Part shown: piece after piece, positions 34,201-49,200 of the stretch
Position numbering within the stretch: the stretch's first letter is position 1
Layout of the letters: each line of letters opens with the position of its first letter
NCBI GenBank assembly: GCA_051313645.2
Contig: JBNRSN020000017.1
Span: 1,488,001-1,552,000 of the forward strand
Direction: 5' to 3'
Source: Centroscyllium fabricii
Taxonomy: Eukaryota
DNA length: 64,000 nt
Notes under the pieces: generated by a model
Told to the model about the DNA's origin: nothing
Database searches by the model: none
Seen by the model: the letters and a program-made list of their open reading frames with translations, nothing else
Program-made: the position numbers and the translations under genes

Positions 34201-37200
34201 GGATAGTGAGGATTGCAGCTCGGGATAGTGAGGATTGATTGCAGCTCGGGATAGTGAGGATTGCAGCGCGGGATAGTGAGGATTGCAGCTCGGATAGTGA
34301 GGATTACAGCTCGGGATAGTGAGGATTACAGCTCGGGATAGTGTGGATTGCAGCTCGGGATAGTGAGGATTGCAGCTCGGATAGTGAGAATTACAGTGCG
34401 GGATAGTGAGGATTGCAGCTCGGGATTGTGAAGATTGCAGCTCGGGATAGTGAGGATTGCAGCTCGGGATAGTGAGGATTGCAGCTCGGGATAGTGAGGA
34501 CTGCAGCTCGGGATAGTGAGGATTGCAGCTCGGGATAGTGAGGATTGCAGCTCAGATAGTGACGATTACAGCTCGGGATAGTGAGGATTGCAGCTCGGGA
34601 TAGTGAGGATTGCAGCTCGGATAGTGAGAATTACAGTGCGGGATAGTGAGGATTGCAGCTCGTGATAGTGAGGATTGCAGCTCGGGATAGTGAGGATTGC
34701 AGCTCGGGATAGTGAGGATTGCAGCTCGGGATAGTGAGGATTACAGCTCGGGATAGTGAGGATTGCAGCGCGGGATAGTGAGGATTGCAGCTCGGGATAG
34801 TGAGGATTACAGCTCGGGATAGAGAGGATTGCAGCTCGGGATAGTGAGGATTGCAGCTCGGGATAGTGAGGATTGCAGCTCGGATAGTGAGGATTGCAGC
34901 TCGGGATAGTGAGGATTGCAGCTCGGGATAGTGAGGATTGCAGCTCGGGATAGTGAGGATTACAGCTCGGGATAGTGAGGATTGCAGCGCGGGATAGTGA
35001 GGATTGCAGCTCGGATAGTGAGGATTACAGCTCGGGATAGTGAGGATTGCAGCTCGGATAGTGACGATTACAGCTCGGGAGAGTGAGGATTGCAGCGCGG
35101 GATAGTGAGGATTACAGCTCGGATAGTGAGGATTACAGCTCGGGATAGTGACGATTACAGCTCGGGATAGTGAGGATTGCAGCTCGGGATAGTGAGGATT
35201 GCAGCTCGGGATAGTGAGGATTGCAGCTCGGGATAGTGAGGATTGCAGCTCGGGATAGTGAGGATTGCAGCTTGGGATAGTGAGGATTGATTGCAGCTCG
35301 GGATAGTGAGGATTGCAGCTCGGGATAGTGAGGATTGCAGCTCGGGATAGTGAGGATTGATTGCAGCTCGGGATAGTGAGGATTGCAGCGCGGGATAGTG
35401 AGGATTGCAGCTCGGGATAGTGAGGATTGCAGCTCGGATAGTGAGGATTACAGCTCGGGATAGTGAGGATTACAGCTCGGGATAGTGAGGAGTGCAGCTC
35501 GGGATAGTGAGGATTGCACCTCGGGATAGTGAGGATTGCAGCTCGGGATAGTGAGGATTACAGCTCGGGATAGTGAGGAATGCAGCTCAGGATAGTGAGG
35601 ATTGCAGCTCGGGATAGTGAGGATTGCAGCTCGGGATAGTGAGGAATGCAGCTCAGGATAGTGAGGATTATAGTGAGGATTGCAGCTCGGGATAGTGAGG
35701 ATTGCACCTCGGGATAGTGAGCATTGCAGCTCGGGAGAGTGAGGATTGCAGCTCGGGAGAGTGAGGATTGCACCTCGGGAGAGTGAGGATTGCAGCACGG
35801 GATAGTGAAGATTGCAGCTCGGGATTGTGAAGATTGCAGCTCGTGACAGTGAGGATTACAGCTCGGGATAGCGAGGATTGCAGCTCGGGATAGTGAGGAT
35901 TGATTGCAGCTCGGGATAGTGAGGATTGCAGCTCGGGATAGTGAGGAGTGCAGCTCGGGATAGTGAGGATTACAGCTCGAGATAGTGAGGATTGCAGCTC
36001 GGGATAGTGAGGATTGCAGCTCAGGATAGTCAAGATTACAGCTCGGGATAGTGAGGATTGCAGCTCGGGATAGTGAGGATTGCAGCTCGGGATAGTGAGG
36101 ATTACAGTGCGGGATAGTGAGGATTGCAGCTCGGGATAGTGACGATTGCAGCTGGGGATAGTGAGGAATGCAGCTCAGGATAGTGAGGATTACAGCTCAG
36201 GATAGTGAGGATTACAGCTCGGGATAGTGAGGATTGATTGCAGCTCGGGATAGTGAGGATTGCAGCTCGGGATAGTGAGGAGTGCAGCTCGGGATAGTGA
36301 GGATTAAAGCTCGGGATAGTGAGGATTGCAGCTCGGGATAGTGAGGATTGCAGCTCGGGATAGTGAGGATTGATTGCAGCTCGGGATAGTGAGGATTGCA
36401 GCGCAGGATAGTGAGGATTGCAGCGCGGGATAGTGAGGATTGCAGCTCGGATAGTGAGGATTACAGCTCGGGATAGTGAGGATTACAGCTCGGGATAGTG
36501 TGGATTGCAGCTCGGGATAGTGAGGATTGCAGCTCGGGATAGTGAGGATTGCAGCTCGGGATAGTGAGGATTGCAGCTCGGGATAGTGAGGATTGCAGCT
36601 CGGGATAGTGAGGATTGCAGCTCGGGATAGTGAGGATTGCAGCTCGGGATAGTGAGGATTGCAGCTCGGGATAGTGAAGATTGCAGCTCGGGATAGTGAG
36701 GATTGCAGCTCGGGATAGTGAGGATTGCAGCTCGGGATAGTGAGGATTGCAGCTCGGGATAGTGAGGATTGCAGCTCGGGATAGTGAGGATTGCAGCTCG
36801 GATAGTGACGATTACAGCTCGGGTTAGTGAGGATTGCAGCTCGGGATTGTGAAGATTGCAGCTCGGGATAGTGAGGATTGCAGCTCGGGATAGTGAGGAT
36901 TGCAGCTCGGGATAGTGAGGACTGCAGCTCGGGATAGTGAGGATTGCAGCTCGGGATAGTGAGGATTGCAGCTCAGATAGTGACGATTACAGCTCGGGAT
37001 AGTGAGGATTGCAGCTCGGGATAGTGAGGATTGCAGCTCGGATAGTGAGAATTACAGTGCGGGATAGTGAGGATTGCAGCTCGTGATAGTGAGGATTGCA
37101 GCTCGGGATAGTGAGGATTGCAGCTCGGGATAGTGAGGATTGCAGCGCGGGATAGTGAGGATTGCAGCTCGGGATAGTGAGGATTACAGCTCGGGATAGT

Positions 37201-40200
37201 GAGGATTGCAGCTCGGGATAGTGAGGATTGCAGCTCGGGATAGTGAGGATTGCAGCTCGGATAGTGAGGATTGCAGCTCGGGATAGTGAGGATTGCAGCT
37301 CGGGATAGTGAGGATTGCAGCTCGGGATAGTGAGGATTGCAGCTCGGGATAGTGAGGATTGCAGCGCGGATAGTGAGGATTACAGCTCGGGATAGTGAGG
37401 ATTGCAGCTCGGATAGTGACGATTACAGCTCGGGATAGTGAGGATTGCAGCGCGGGATAGTGAGGATTACAGCTCGGATAGTGAGGATTACAGCTCGGGA
37501 TAGTGACGATTACAGCTCGGGATAGTGAGGATTGCAGCTCGGGATAGTGAGGATTGCAGCTCGGGATAGTGAGGATTGCAGCTCGGGATAGTGAGGATTG
37601 CAGCTCGGGATAGTGAGGATTGCAGCTCGGGATAGTGAGGATTGCAGCTTTGGATAGTGAGGATTGATTGCAGCTCGGGATAGTGAGGATTGCAGCTCGG
37701 GATAGTGAGGATTGCAGCTCGGGATAGTGAGGATTGCAGCTCGGGATAGTGAGGATTGATTGCAGCTCGGGATAGTGAGGATTGCAGCGCGGGATAGTGA
37801 GGATTGCAGCTCGGGATAGTGAGGATTGCAGCTCGGATAGTGAGGATTACAGCTCGGGATAGTGAGGATTACAGCTCGGGATAGTGAGGATTGCAGCTCG
37901 GGATAGTGAGGAGTGCAGCTCGGGATAGTGAGGATTGCACCTCGGGATAGTGAGGATTGCAGCTCGGGATAGTGAGGATTACAGCTCGGGATAGTGAGGA
38001 ATGCAGCTCGGGATAGTGAGGATTGCAGCTCGGGATAGTGAGGATTGCAGCTCGGGATAGTGAGGAATGCAGCTCAGGATAGTGAGGATTATAGTGAGGA
38101 TTGCAGCTCGGGATAGTGAGGATTGCACCTCGGGATAGTGAGCATTGCAGCTCGGGAGAGTGAGGATTGCAGCTCGGGATAGTGAGGATTGCAGCTCGGG
38201 ATTGTGAAGATTGCAGCTCGTGACAGTGAGGATTACAGCTCGGGATAGTGAGGATTGCAGCTCGGGATAGTGAGGATTGATTGCAGCTCGGGATAGTGAG
38301 GATTGCAGCTCGGGATAGTGAGGAGTGCAGCTCGGGATAGTGAGGATTACAGCTCGAGATAGTGAGGATTGCAGCTCGGGATAGTGAGGATTGCAGCTCA
38401 GGATAGTCAAGATTACAGCTCGGGATAGTGAGGATTGCAGCTCGGGATAGTGAGGATTGCAGCTCGGGATAGTGAGGATTACAGTGCGGGATAGTGAGGA
38501 TTGCAGCTCGGGATAGTGACGATTGCAGCTGGGGATAGTGAGGAATGCAGCTCAGGATAGTGAGGATTACAGCTCAGGATAGTGAGGATTACAGCTCGGG
38601 ATAGTGAGGATTGATTGCAGCTCGGGATAGTGAGGATTGCAGCTCGGATAGTGAGGATTGCAGCTCGGGATAGTGAGGATTGCAGCTCGGGATAGTGAGG
38701 ATTGCAGCTCGGGATAGTGAGGATTGCAGCTCGGGATAGTGAGGATTGCAGCTCGGGATAGTGAGGATTGCAGCTCGGGATAGTGAGGATTGCAGCTCGG
38801 GATAGTGAGGATTGCAGCTCGGGATAGTGAGGATTGCAGCTCGGGATAGTGAGGATTGCAGCTCGGGATAGTGAGGATTGCAGCTCGGGAGAGTGAGGAT
38901 TGCAGCTCGCGATAGTGCGGATTGCACCTCGGGATAGTGAGGATTGCAGCTCGGGATAGTGAGGATTGAATGCAGCTCAGGATAGTGAGGATTACAGCTC
39001 AGGATAGTGAGCATTGCAGCTCGGGATAGTGAGGATTGCAGCTCGGATAGTGAGGATTACAGCTCGGGATAGTGAGGATTACAGCTCGGGATAGTGAAGT
39101 TTGCAGCTCGGGATAGTGAGGAGTGCACCTCGGGATAGTGAGGATTGCACCTCGGGATAGTGAGGATTGCAGCTCGGGATAGTGAGGATTGCAGCTCGGG
39201 ATAGTGAGGATTACAGCTCGGGATAGTGAGGAATGCAGCTCAGGATAGTGAGGATTGCAGCTCGGGATAGTGAGGATTGCAGCTCGGGATAGTGAGGAAT
39301 GCAGCTCAGGATAGTGAGGATTGCAGCTCGGGATAGTGAGGATTGCAGCTCGGGATAGTGAGGAGTGCAGCTCGGGATAGTGAGGATTGCAGCTCGGGAT
39401 AGTGAGGATTGATTGCAGCTCGGGATAGTGAGGATTGCAGCGCGGGATAGTGAGGATTGCAGCTCGGGATAGTGAGGATTGCAGCTCGGATAGTGAGGAG
39501 TGCAGCTCGGGATAGTGGGGATTGCACCTCGCGATAGTGAGGATTGCAGCTCGGGATAGTGAGGATTACAGCTCGGGATAGTGAGGAATGCAGCTCAGGA
39601 TAGTGAGGATTGCAGCTCGGGATAGTGAGGATTGCAGCTCGGGATAGTGAGGAATGCAGCTCAGGATAGTGAGGATTATAGTGAGGATTGCAGCTCGGGA
39701 TAGTGAGGATTGCACCTCGGGATAGTGAGCATTGCAGCTCGGGAGAGTGAGGATTGCAGCTCGGGAGAGTGAGGATTGCACCTCGGGAGAGTGAGGATTG
39801 CAGCACGGGATAGTGAGGATTGCAGCTCGGGATTGTGAAGATTGCAGCTCGTGACAGTGAGGATTACAGCTCGGGATAGTGAGGATTGCAGCTCGGGATA
39901 GTGAGGATTGATTGCAGCTCGGGATAGTGAGGATTGCAGCTCGGGATAGTGAGGAGTGCAGCTCGGGATAGTGAGGATTACAGCTCGAGATAGTGAGGAT
40001 TGCAGCTCGGGATAGTGAGGATTGCAGCTCAGGATAGTCAAGATTACAGCTCGGGATAGTGAGGATTGCAGCTCGGGATAGTGAGGATTGCAGCTCGGGA
40101 TAGTGAGGATTACAGTGCGGGATAGTGAGGATTGCAGCTCGGGATAGTGACGATTGCAGCTGGGGATAGTGAGGAATGCAGCTCAGGATAGTGAGGATTA

Positions 40201-43200
40201 CAGCTCAGGATAGTGAGGATTACAGCTCGGGATAGTGAGGATTGATTGCAGCTCGGGATAGTGAGGATTGCAGCTCGGATAGTGAGGATTGCAGCTCGGG
40301 ATAGTGAGGATTACAGCTCGGGATAGTGAGGATTGCAGCTCGGGATAGTGAGGATTGCAGCTCGGGATAGTGAGGATTGCAGCTCGGGATAGTGAGGATT
40401 GCAGCTCGGGATAGTGAGGATTGCAGCTCGGGATAGTGAGGATTGCAGCTCCGAATAGTCAGGATTGCAGCTCGGGATAGTGAGGATTGCAGCTCGGGAT
40501 AGTGAGGATTGCAGCTCGGGATAGTGAGGATTGCAGCTCGGGAGAGTGAGGATTGCAGCTCGCGATAGTGAGGATTGCACCTCGGGATAGTGAGGATTGC
40601 AGCTCGGGATAGTGAGGATTGCAGCTCGGGATAGTGAGGATTGAATGCAGCTCAGGATAGTGAGGATTACAGCTCAGGATAGTGAGCATTGCAGCTCGGG
40701 ATAGTGAGGATTGCAGCTCGGATAGTGAGGATTACAGCTCGGGATAGTGAGGATTACAGCTCGGGATAGTGAAGATTGCAGCTCGGGATAGTGAGGAGTG
40801 CACCTCGGGATAGTGAGGATTGCACCTCGGGATAGTGAGGATTGCAGCTCGGGATAGTGAGGATTGCAGCTCGGGATAGTGAGGATTACAGCTCGGGATA
40901 GTGAGGAATGCAGCTCAGGATAGTGAGGATTGCAGCTCGGGATAGTGAGGATTGCAGCTCGGGATAGTGAGGATTGCAGCTCGGGATAGTGAGGAATGCA
41001 GCTCAGGATAGTGAGGATTACAGCTCGGGATAGTGAGGATTGCAGCTCGGGATAGTGAGGAGTGCAGCTCGGGATAGTGAGGATTGCACCTCGGGATAGT
41101 GAGCATTGCAGCTCGGGAGAGTGAGGATTGCAGCTCGGGAGAGTGAGGATTGCACCTCGGGAGAGTGAGGATTGCAGCACGGGATAGTGAGGATTGCAGC
41201 TCGGGATTGTGAAGATTGCAGCTCGGGATAGTGAGGAGTGCAGCTCGGGATAGTGAGGATTGCAGCTCGGGATAGTGAGGAGTGCAGCTCGGGATAGTGA
41301 GGATTGCAGCTCGGGATAGTGAGGATTGCAGCTCGGGATAGTGAGGATTGCAGCTCAGGATAGTCAAGATTACAGCTCGGGATAGTGAGGATTGCAGCTC
41401 GGGATAGTGAGGATTGCAGCTCGGGATAGTGAGGATTACAGCGCGGGATAGTGAGGATTGCAGCTCGGGATAGTGAGGATTGCAGCTCGGGATAGTGACG
41501 ATTGCAGCTCGGGATAGTGAGGAATGCAGCTCAGGATAGTGAGGATTGCAGCTCGGGATAGTGAGGATTGCAGCTCAGGATAGTGAGGATTACAGTGCGG
41601 GATAGTGAGGATTGCAGCTCGGGAGAGTGAGGATTGCAGCTCGCGATAGTGAGGATTGCAGCTCGGTATAGTGAGGACTGCAGCTCGGGATAGTGAGGAC
41701 TACAGCGAGGGATAGTGAGGATTGCAGCTCGGGATAGTGAGGATTGCAGCTCGGGATAGTGAGGATTGCAGCTCGGGATAGTGAGGATTACAGTGCGGGA
41801 TAGTGAGGTTTGCAGCTCGGGATAGTGAGGATTGCAGCTCGGGATAGTGAGGATTACATTCGGGATAGTGAAGATTGCAGCTCGGGACAGTGAGGATTGA
41901 TTGCAGCTCGGGATAGTGAGGATTGCAGCGCAGGATAGTGAGGATTGCAGCGCGGGATAGTGACGATTGCAGCTCGGATAGTGAGGATTGCAGCTCGGAT
42001 AGTGAGGATTACATTCGGGATAGTGAGGATTGCAGCTCGGGATAGTGAGGATTACAGCTCGGATAGTGACGATTGCAGCTCGGGATAGTGAGGATTGCAG
42101 CTCGGGATAGTGAGGATTGCAGCTCGGGATAGTGAGGATTGCAGCTCGGGATAGTGAGGATTGCAGCTCGGGATAGTGAGGATTGCAGCTCGGGATAGTG
42201 AGGATTGCAGCTCGGGATAGTGAGGATTGCAGCTCGGGATAGTGAGGATTACAGCTCGCGATAGTGAGGATTGCAGCTCGCGATAGTGAGGATTACAGCT
42301 CGGGATAGTGAGGATTACAGCTCGCGATAGTGAGGATTACAGCTCGGGATAGTGAAGATTGCAGCTCGGGATAGTGAGGATTACAGAACGGGATAGTGAG
42401 GATTGCAGCTCGGGATAGTGAGGATTACAGCTCGGGATAGTGAGGATTTCAGCTCGGGATAGTGAGGATTGCAGCTCGGGATAGTGAGGATTGCAGCTCG
42501 GGATAGTGAGGATTACAGAACGGGATAGTGAGGATTGCAGCTCGGGAGAGTGAGGATTGCAGCTCGGGAGAGTGAGGATTGCAGCTCGGGAGAGTGAGGA
42601 TTGCAGCTCGGGAGAGTGAGGATTGCAGCTCGGGATAGTGAGGATTGCAGCTCGGGATTGTGAAGATTGCAGCTCGTGATAGTGAGGATTGCAGCTCAGG
42701 ATAGTGAGGATTGCAGCTCGGGATAGTGAGGATTGCAGCTCGGGATAGTGAGGATTGCAGCTCGGGATAGTGAAGATTGCAGCTCGGGATAGTGAGGAGT
42801 GCAGCTCGGGATAGTGAGCATTGCAGCTCGGGATCGTGAGGACTGCAGCTCGGGATAGTGAGGACTGCAGCTCGGGATAGTGAGGACTGCAGCTCGGGAT
42901 AGTGAGGACTGCAGCTCGGGATAGTGAGGACTGCAGCTCGGGATAGTGAGGACTGCAGCTCGGGATAGTGAAAATTGCAGCTCAGGATAGTGACGATTGC
43001 AGCTCGGGATCGTGAGGACTGCAGCTCGGGATAGTGAGGACTGCAGCTCGGGATAGTGAGGACTGCAGCTCGGGATAGTGAGGACTGCAGCTCGGGATAG
43101 TGAGGACTGCAGCTCGGGATAGTGAGGATTGCAGCTCGGGATAGTGAGGATTACAGTGCGGGATAGTGAGTATTGCAGCTCGGGATAGTGAGGATTGCAG

Positions 43201-46200
43201 CTCGGGATAGTGACGATTGCAGCTCGGGATAATGAGGAATGCAGCTCAGGATAGTGAGGATTGCAGCTCGGGATAGTGAGAATTGCAGCTCAGGATAGTG
43301 AGGATTACAGTGCGGGATAGTGAGGATTGCAGCTCGGGATAATGAGGATTGCAGCTCGGGAGAGTGAGGATTGCAGCTCGGGATAGTGAGGATTGCAGCT
43401 CGGGATAGTGAGGACTGCAGCTCGGGATAGTGAGGACTACAGCGAGGGATAGTGAGGACTGCAGCTCGGGATAGTGAGGATTGCAGCTCGGGATAGTGAG
43501 GATTGCAGCTCGGGATAGTGAGGATTACAGTGCGGGATAGTGAGGTTTGCAGCTCGGGATAGTGAGGATTGCAGCTCGGGATAGTGAGGATTACATTCGG
43601 GATAGTGAAGATTGCAGCTCGGGACAGTGAGGATTGATTGCAGCTCGGGATAGTGAGGATTGCAGCGCAGGATAGTGAGGATTGCAGCGCAGGATAGTGA
43701 CGATTGCAGCTCGGATAGTGAGGATTGCAGCTCGGATAGTGAGGATTACATTCGGGATAGTGAGGATTGCAGCTCGGGATAGTGAGGATTACAGCTCGGA
43801 TAGTGACGATTGCAGCTCGGGATCGTGAGGATTGCAGCTCGGGATAGTGAGGATTGCAGCTCGGGATAGTGAGGATTGCAGCTCGGGATAGTGAGGATTG
43901 CAGCTCGGGATAGTGAGGATTGCAGCTCGGGATAGTGAGGATTGCAGCTCGGGATAGTGAGGATTACAGCTCGCGATAGTGAGGATTGCAGCTCGCGATA
44001 GTGAGGATTACAGCTCGGGATAGTGAGGATTACAGCTCGCGATAGTGAGGATTACAGCTCGGGATAGTGAAGATTGCAGCTCGGGATAGTGAGGATTACA
44101 GAACGGGATAGTGAGGATTGCAGCTCGGGATAGTGAGGATTACAGCTCGGGATAGTGAGGATTACAGCTCGGGATAGTGAGGATTGCAGCTCGGGATAGT
44201 GAGGATTGCAGCTCGGGATAGTGAGGATTACAGAACGGGATAGTGAGGATTGCAGCTCGGGAGAGTGAGGATTGCAGCTCGGGAGAGTGAGGATTGCAGC
44301 TCGGGAGAGTGAGGATTGCAGCTCGGGAGAGTGAGGATTGCAGCTCGGGATAGTGAGGATTGCAGCTCGGGATTGTGAAGATTGCAGCTCGTGATAGTGA
44401 GGATTGCAGCTCGGGATAGTGAGGATTGCAGCTCGGGATAGTGAGGATTGCAGCTCGGGATAGTGAGGATTGCAGCTCGGGATAGTGAAGATTGCAGCTC
44501 GGGATAGTGAGGAGTGCAGCTCGGGATAGTGAGCATTGCAGCTCGGGATCGTGAGGGCTGCCGCTCGGGATAGTGAGGACTGCAGCTCGGGATAGTGAGG
44601 ACTGCAGCTCGGGATAGTGAGGACTGCAGCTCGGGATAGTGAGGACTGCAGCTCGGGATAGTGAAAATTGCAGCTCAGGATAGTGACGATTGCAGCTCGG
44701 GATCGTGAGGACTGCAGCTCGGGATAGTGAGGACTGCAGCTCGGGATAGTGAGGACTGCAGCTCGGGATAGTGAGGACTGCAGCTCGGGATAGTGAGGAT
44801 TGCAGCTCGGGATAGTGAGGAATGCAGCTCGGGATAGTGAGGATTGCAGCTCGGGATAGTGAGGATTGCAGCTCGGGATAGTGAGGATTGCAGCTCGTGA
44901 TAGTGAGAATTGCAGCTCGGATAGTGAGGATTGCAGCTCGTGATAGTGAGAATTGCAGCTCGGGATAGTGAGGATTGCTGCTCGGATAGTGAGGATTGAT
45001 TGCAGCTCGAGATAGTGAGGATTGCAGCTCGGGATAGTGAGAATTGCAGCTCGGGATAGTGAGGATTGCAGCTCAGGATAGTGAGGATTGCAGCTCGGGA
45101 TAGTGAGGATTGCAGCTCGGGATAGTGAGGATTGCAGCTCGGGATAGTGAGGATTGCAGCTCGGGATAGTGAGGATTGCAGCTCGGGAGAGAGGATTGCA
45201 GCTCGGGATAGTGAGGATTACAGCGCGGGATAGTGAGGATTGCAGCTCGGGATAGTGAGGATTGCAGCTCGGGATAGTGACGATTGCAGCTCGGGATAGT
45301 GACGATTACAGCTCAGGATAGTGAGCATTGCAGCTCGGGAGAGAGGATTGCAGCTCGGGAGAGTGAGGATTGCAGCTCGGGAGAGTGAGGATTGCAGCTC
45401 GGGAGAGTGAGGATTGCAGCTCGGGAGAGAGGATTGCAGCTCGGGATAGTGAGAATTGCAGCTCGGGATAGTGCGGATTGCAGCTCGGGATAGTCAGGAT
45501 TGCAGCTCGGGATAGTGAGGATTACAGCTCGGGATAGTGAGGATTGCAGCGCGGGATAGTGAGGATTGCAGCTCGGGATAGTGAGGATTGCAGCTCGGAT
45601 AGTGAGGATTACAGCTCGGGATAGTGAGGATTACAACTCGGGATAGTGAGGATTGATTGCAGCTCGGGATAGTGAGGATTGATTGCAGCTCGGGATAGTG
45701 AGGATTGCAGCTCGGATAGTGAGGATTACAGCTCGGGATAGTGAGGATTACAGCTCGGGATTAGTGAAGATTGCAGCTCGGGATAGTGAGGATTGATTGC
45801 AGCTCGGGATAGTGAGGATTGCAGCTCGGATAGTGAGGATTACAGCTCGGGATAGTGAGGATTGCAGCTCGGGATAGTGAGGAGTGCAGCTCGGGATAGT
45901 GAGGATTGCACCTCGGGATAGTGAGGATTGCAGCTCGGGATAGTGAGGATTGCAGCTCGGGATAGTGAGGATTGCAGCTCAGGATAGTGAAGATTACAGC
46001 TCGGGATAGTGAGGATTGCAGCTCGGGATAGTGAGGATTGCAGCGCGGGATAGTGAGGATTGCAGCTCGGGATAGTGTGGATTGCAGCTCGGGATAGTGA
46101 GGATTACAGCTCGGGATAGTGAGGATTGCAGCTCGGGATAGTGAGGAGTGCAGCTCGGGATAGTGAGGATTGCACCTCGGGATAGTGAGGATTGCAGCTC

Positions 46201-49200
46201 GGGATAGTGAGGATTGCAGCTCGGGATAGTGAGGATTGCAGCTCGGAATAGTGAGGAATGCAGCTCAGGATAGTGAGGATTACAGCTCAGGATAGTGAGC
46301 ATTGCAGCTCGGGAGAGAGGATTGCAGCTAGGGAGAATGAGGATTGCAGCTCGGGATAGTGAGGATTGCAGCTCGGGAGAGTGAGGATTGCAGCTCGGGA
46401 TAGTGAGGATTGCAGCTCGGGATAGTGAGGATTACAGCTCGGGATAGTGAGGAGTGCAGCTCGGGATAGTGAGGATTACAGCTCGAGATAGTGAGGATTA
46501 CAGCTCGAGATAGTGAGGATTGCAGCTCGAGATAGTGAGGATTGCAGCTCGAGATAGTGAGGATTGATTGCAGCTCGGGATAGTGAGGATTGATTGCAGC
46601 TCGTGATAGTGAGGATTGATTGCAGCTCGTGATAGTGAGAATTGCAGCTCGGGATAGTGAGGATTGCAGCTCGGGATAGTGAGGATTGCAGCTCGGGATA
46701 GTGAGGATTACAGCTCAGGATAGTGAGCATTGCAGCTCGGGAGAGAGGATTGCAGCTCGGGATAGTGAGGATTACAGCGCGGGATAGTGAGGATTGCAGC
46801 TCGGGATAGTGAGGATTGCAGCTCGGGATAGTGAGAAATGCAGCTCAGGATAGTGAGGATTACAGCTCGGGATAGTGAGGAATGCAGCTCGGGAGAGAGG
46901 ATTGCAGCTCGGGATAGTGAGGATTACAGCGCGGGATAGTGAGGATTGCAGCTCGGGATAGTGAGGATTGCAGCTCGGGATAGTGACGATTGCAGCTCGG
47001 GATAGTGAGGATTACAGCTCAGGATAGTGAGCATTGCAGCTCGGGAGAGAGGATTGCAGCTCGGGAGAGTGAGGATTGCAGCTCGGGAGAGTGAGGATTG
47101 CAGCTCGGGAGAGTGAGGATTGCAGCTCGGGATCGTGAGGATTGCAGCTCGGGAGAGTGAGGATTGCAGCTCGGGAGAGAGGATTGCAGCTCGGGATAGT
47201 GAGAATTGCAGCTCGGGATAGTGAGGATTGCAGCTCGGGATAGTCAGGATTGCAGCTCGGGATAGTGAGGATTACAGCTCGGGATAGTGAGGAGTGCAGC
47301 TCGGGATAGTGAGGATTAAAGCTCGGGATAGTGAGGATTGCAGCTCGGGATAGTGAGGATTGCAGCTCGGGATAGTGAGGATTGATTGCAGCTCGGGATA
47401 GTGAGGATTGCAGCGCAGGATAGTGAGGATTGCAGCGCGGGATAGTGAGGATTGCAGCTCGGATAGTGAGGATTACAGCTCGGGATAGTGAGGATTACAG
47501 CTCGGGATAGTGAGGATTGCAGCTCGGGATAGTGAGGATTGCAGCTCGGGATAGTGAGGATTGCAGCTCGGGATAGTGAGGATTGCAGCTCGGGATAGTG
47601 AGGATTGCAGCTCGGGATAGTGAGGATTGCAGCTCGGGATAGTGAGGATTGCAGCTCGGGATAGTGAGGATTGCAGCTCGGGATAGTGAAGATTGCAGCT
47701 CGGGATAGTGAGGATTACAGCTCGGGATAGTGAGGATTGCAGCTCCGGATAGTGAGGATTGCAGCTCGGGATAGTGAGGATTGCAGCTCGGGATAGTGAG
47801 GATTGCAGCTCGGATAGTGACGATTACAGCTCGGGTTAGTGAGGATTGCAGCTCGGGATTGTGAAGATTGCAGCTCGGGATAGTGAGGATTGCAGCTCGG
47901 GATAGTGAGGATTGCAGCTCGGGATAGTGAGGATTGCAGCTCGGGATAGTGAGGATTGCAGCTCGGGATAGTGAGGATTGCAGCTCGGGATAGTGAGGAT
48001 TGCAGCTCAGATAGTGACGATTACAGCTCGGGATAGTGAGGATTGCAGCTCGGGATAGTGAGGATTGCAGCTCGGATAGTGAGGATTGCAGCTCGGGATA
48101 GTGAGGATTGCAGCTCGGGATAGTGAGGATTGCAGCTCGGGATAGTGAGGATTACAGCTCGGGATAGTGAGGATTGCAGCGCGGGATAGTGAGGATTGCA
48201 GCTCGGATAGTGAGGATTACAGCTCGGGATAGTGAGGATTGCAGCTCGGATAGTGACGATTACAGCTCGGGATAGTGAGGATTGCAGCGCGGGATAGTGA
48301 GGATTACAGCTCGGATAGTGAGGATTACAGCTCGGGATAGTGACGATTACAGCTCGGGATAGTGAGGATTGCAGCTCGGGATAGTGAGGATTGCAGCTCG
48401 GGATAGTGAGGACTGCAGCTCGGGATAGTGAGGATTGCAGCTCGGGATAGTGAGGATTGCAGCTCGGGATAGTGAGGATTGATTGCAGCTCGGGATAGTG
48501 AGGATTGCAGCTCGGGATAGTGAGGATTGCAGCTCGGGATAGTGAGGATTGCAGCTCGGGATAGTGAGGATTGATTGCAGCTCGGGATAGTGAGGATTGC
48601 AGCGCGGGATAGTGAGGATTGCAGCTCGGGATAGTGAGGATTGCAGCTCGGATAGTGAGGATTACAGCTCGGGATAGTGAGGATTGCAGCTCGGGATAGT
48701 GAGGAGTGCAGCTCGGGATAGTGAGGATTGCAGCTCGGGATAGTGAGGATTGATTGCAGCTCGGGATAGTGAGGATTGCAGCGCGGGATAGTGAGGATTG
48801 CAGCTCGGGATAGTGAGGATTGCAGCTCGGATAGTGAGGATTACAGCTCGGGATAGTGAGGATTACAGCTCGGGATAGTGAGGATTGCAGCTCGGGATAG
48901 TGAGGAGTGCAGCTCGGGATAGTGAGGATTGCACCTCGGGATAGTGAGGATTGCAGCTCGGGATAGTGAGGATTACAGCTCGGGATAGTGAGGAATGCAG
49001 CTCAGGATAGTGAGGATTGCAGCTCGGGATAGTGAGGATTGCAGCTCGGGATAGTGAGGAATGCAGCTCAGGATAGTGAGGATTATAGTGAGGATTGCAG
49101 CTCGGGATAGTGAGGATTGCACCTCGGGATAGTGAGCATTGCAGCTCGGGAGAGTGAGGATTGCAGCTCGGGAGAGTGAGGATTGCACCTCGGGAGAGTG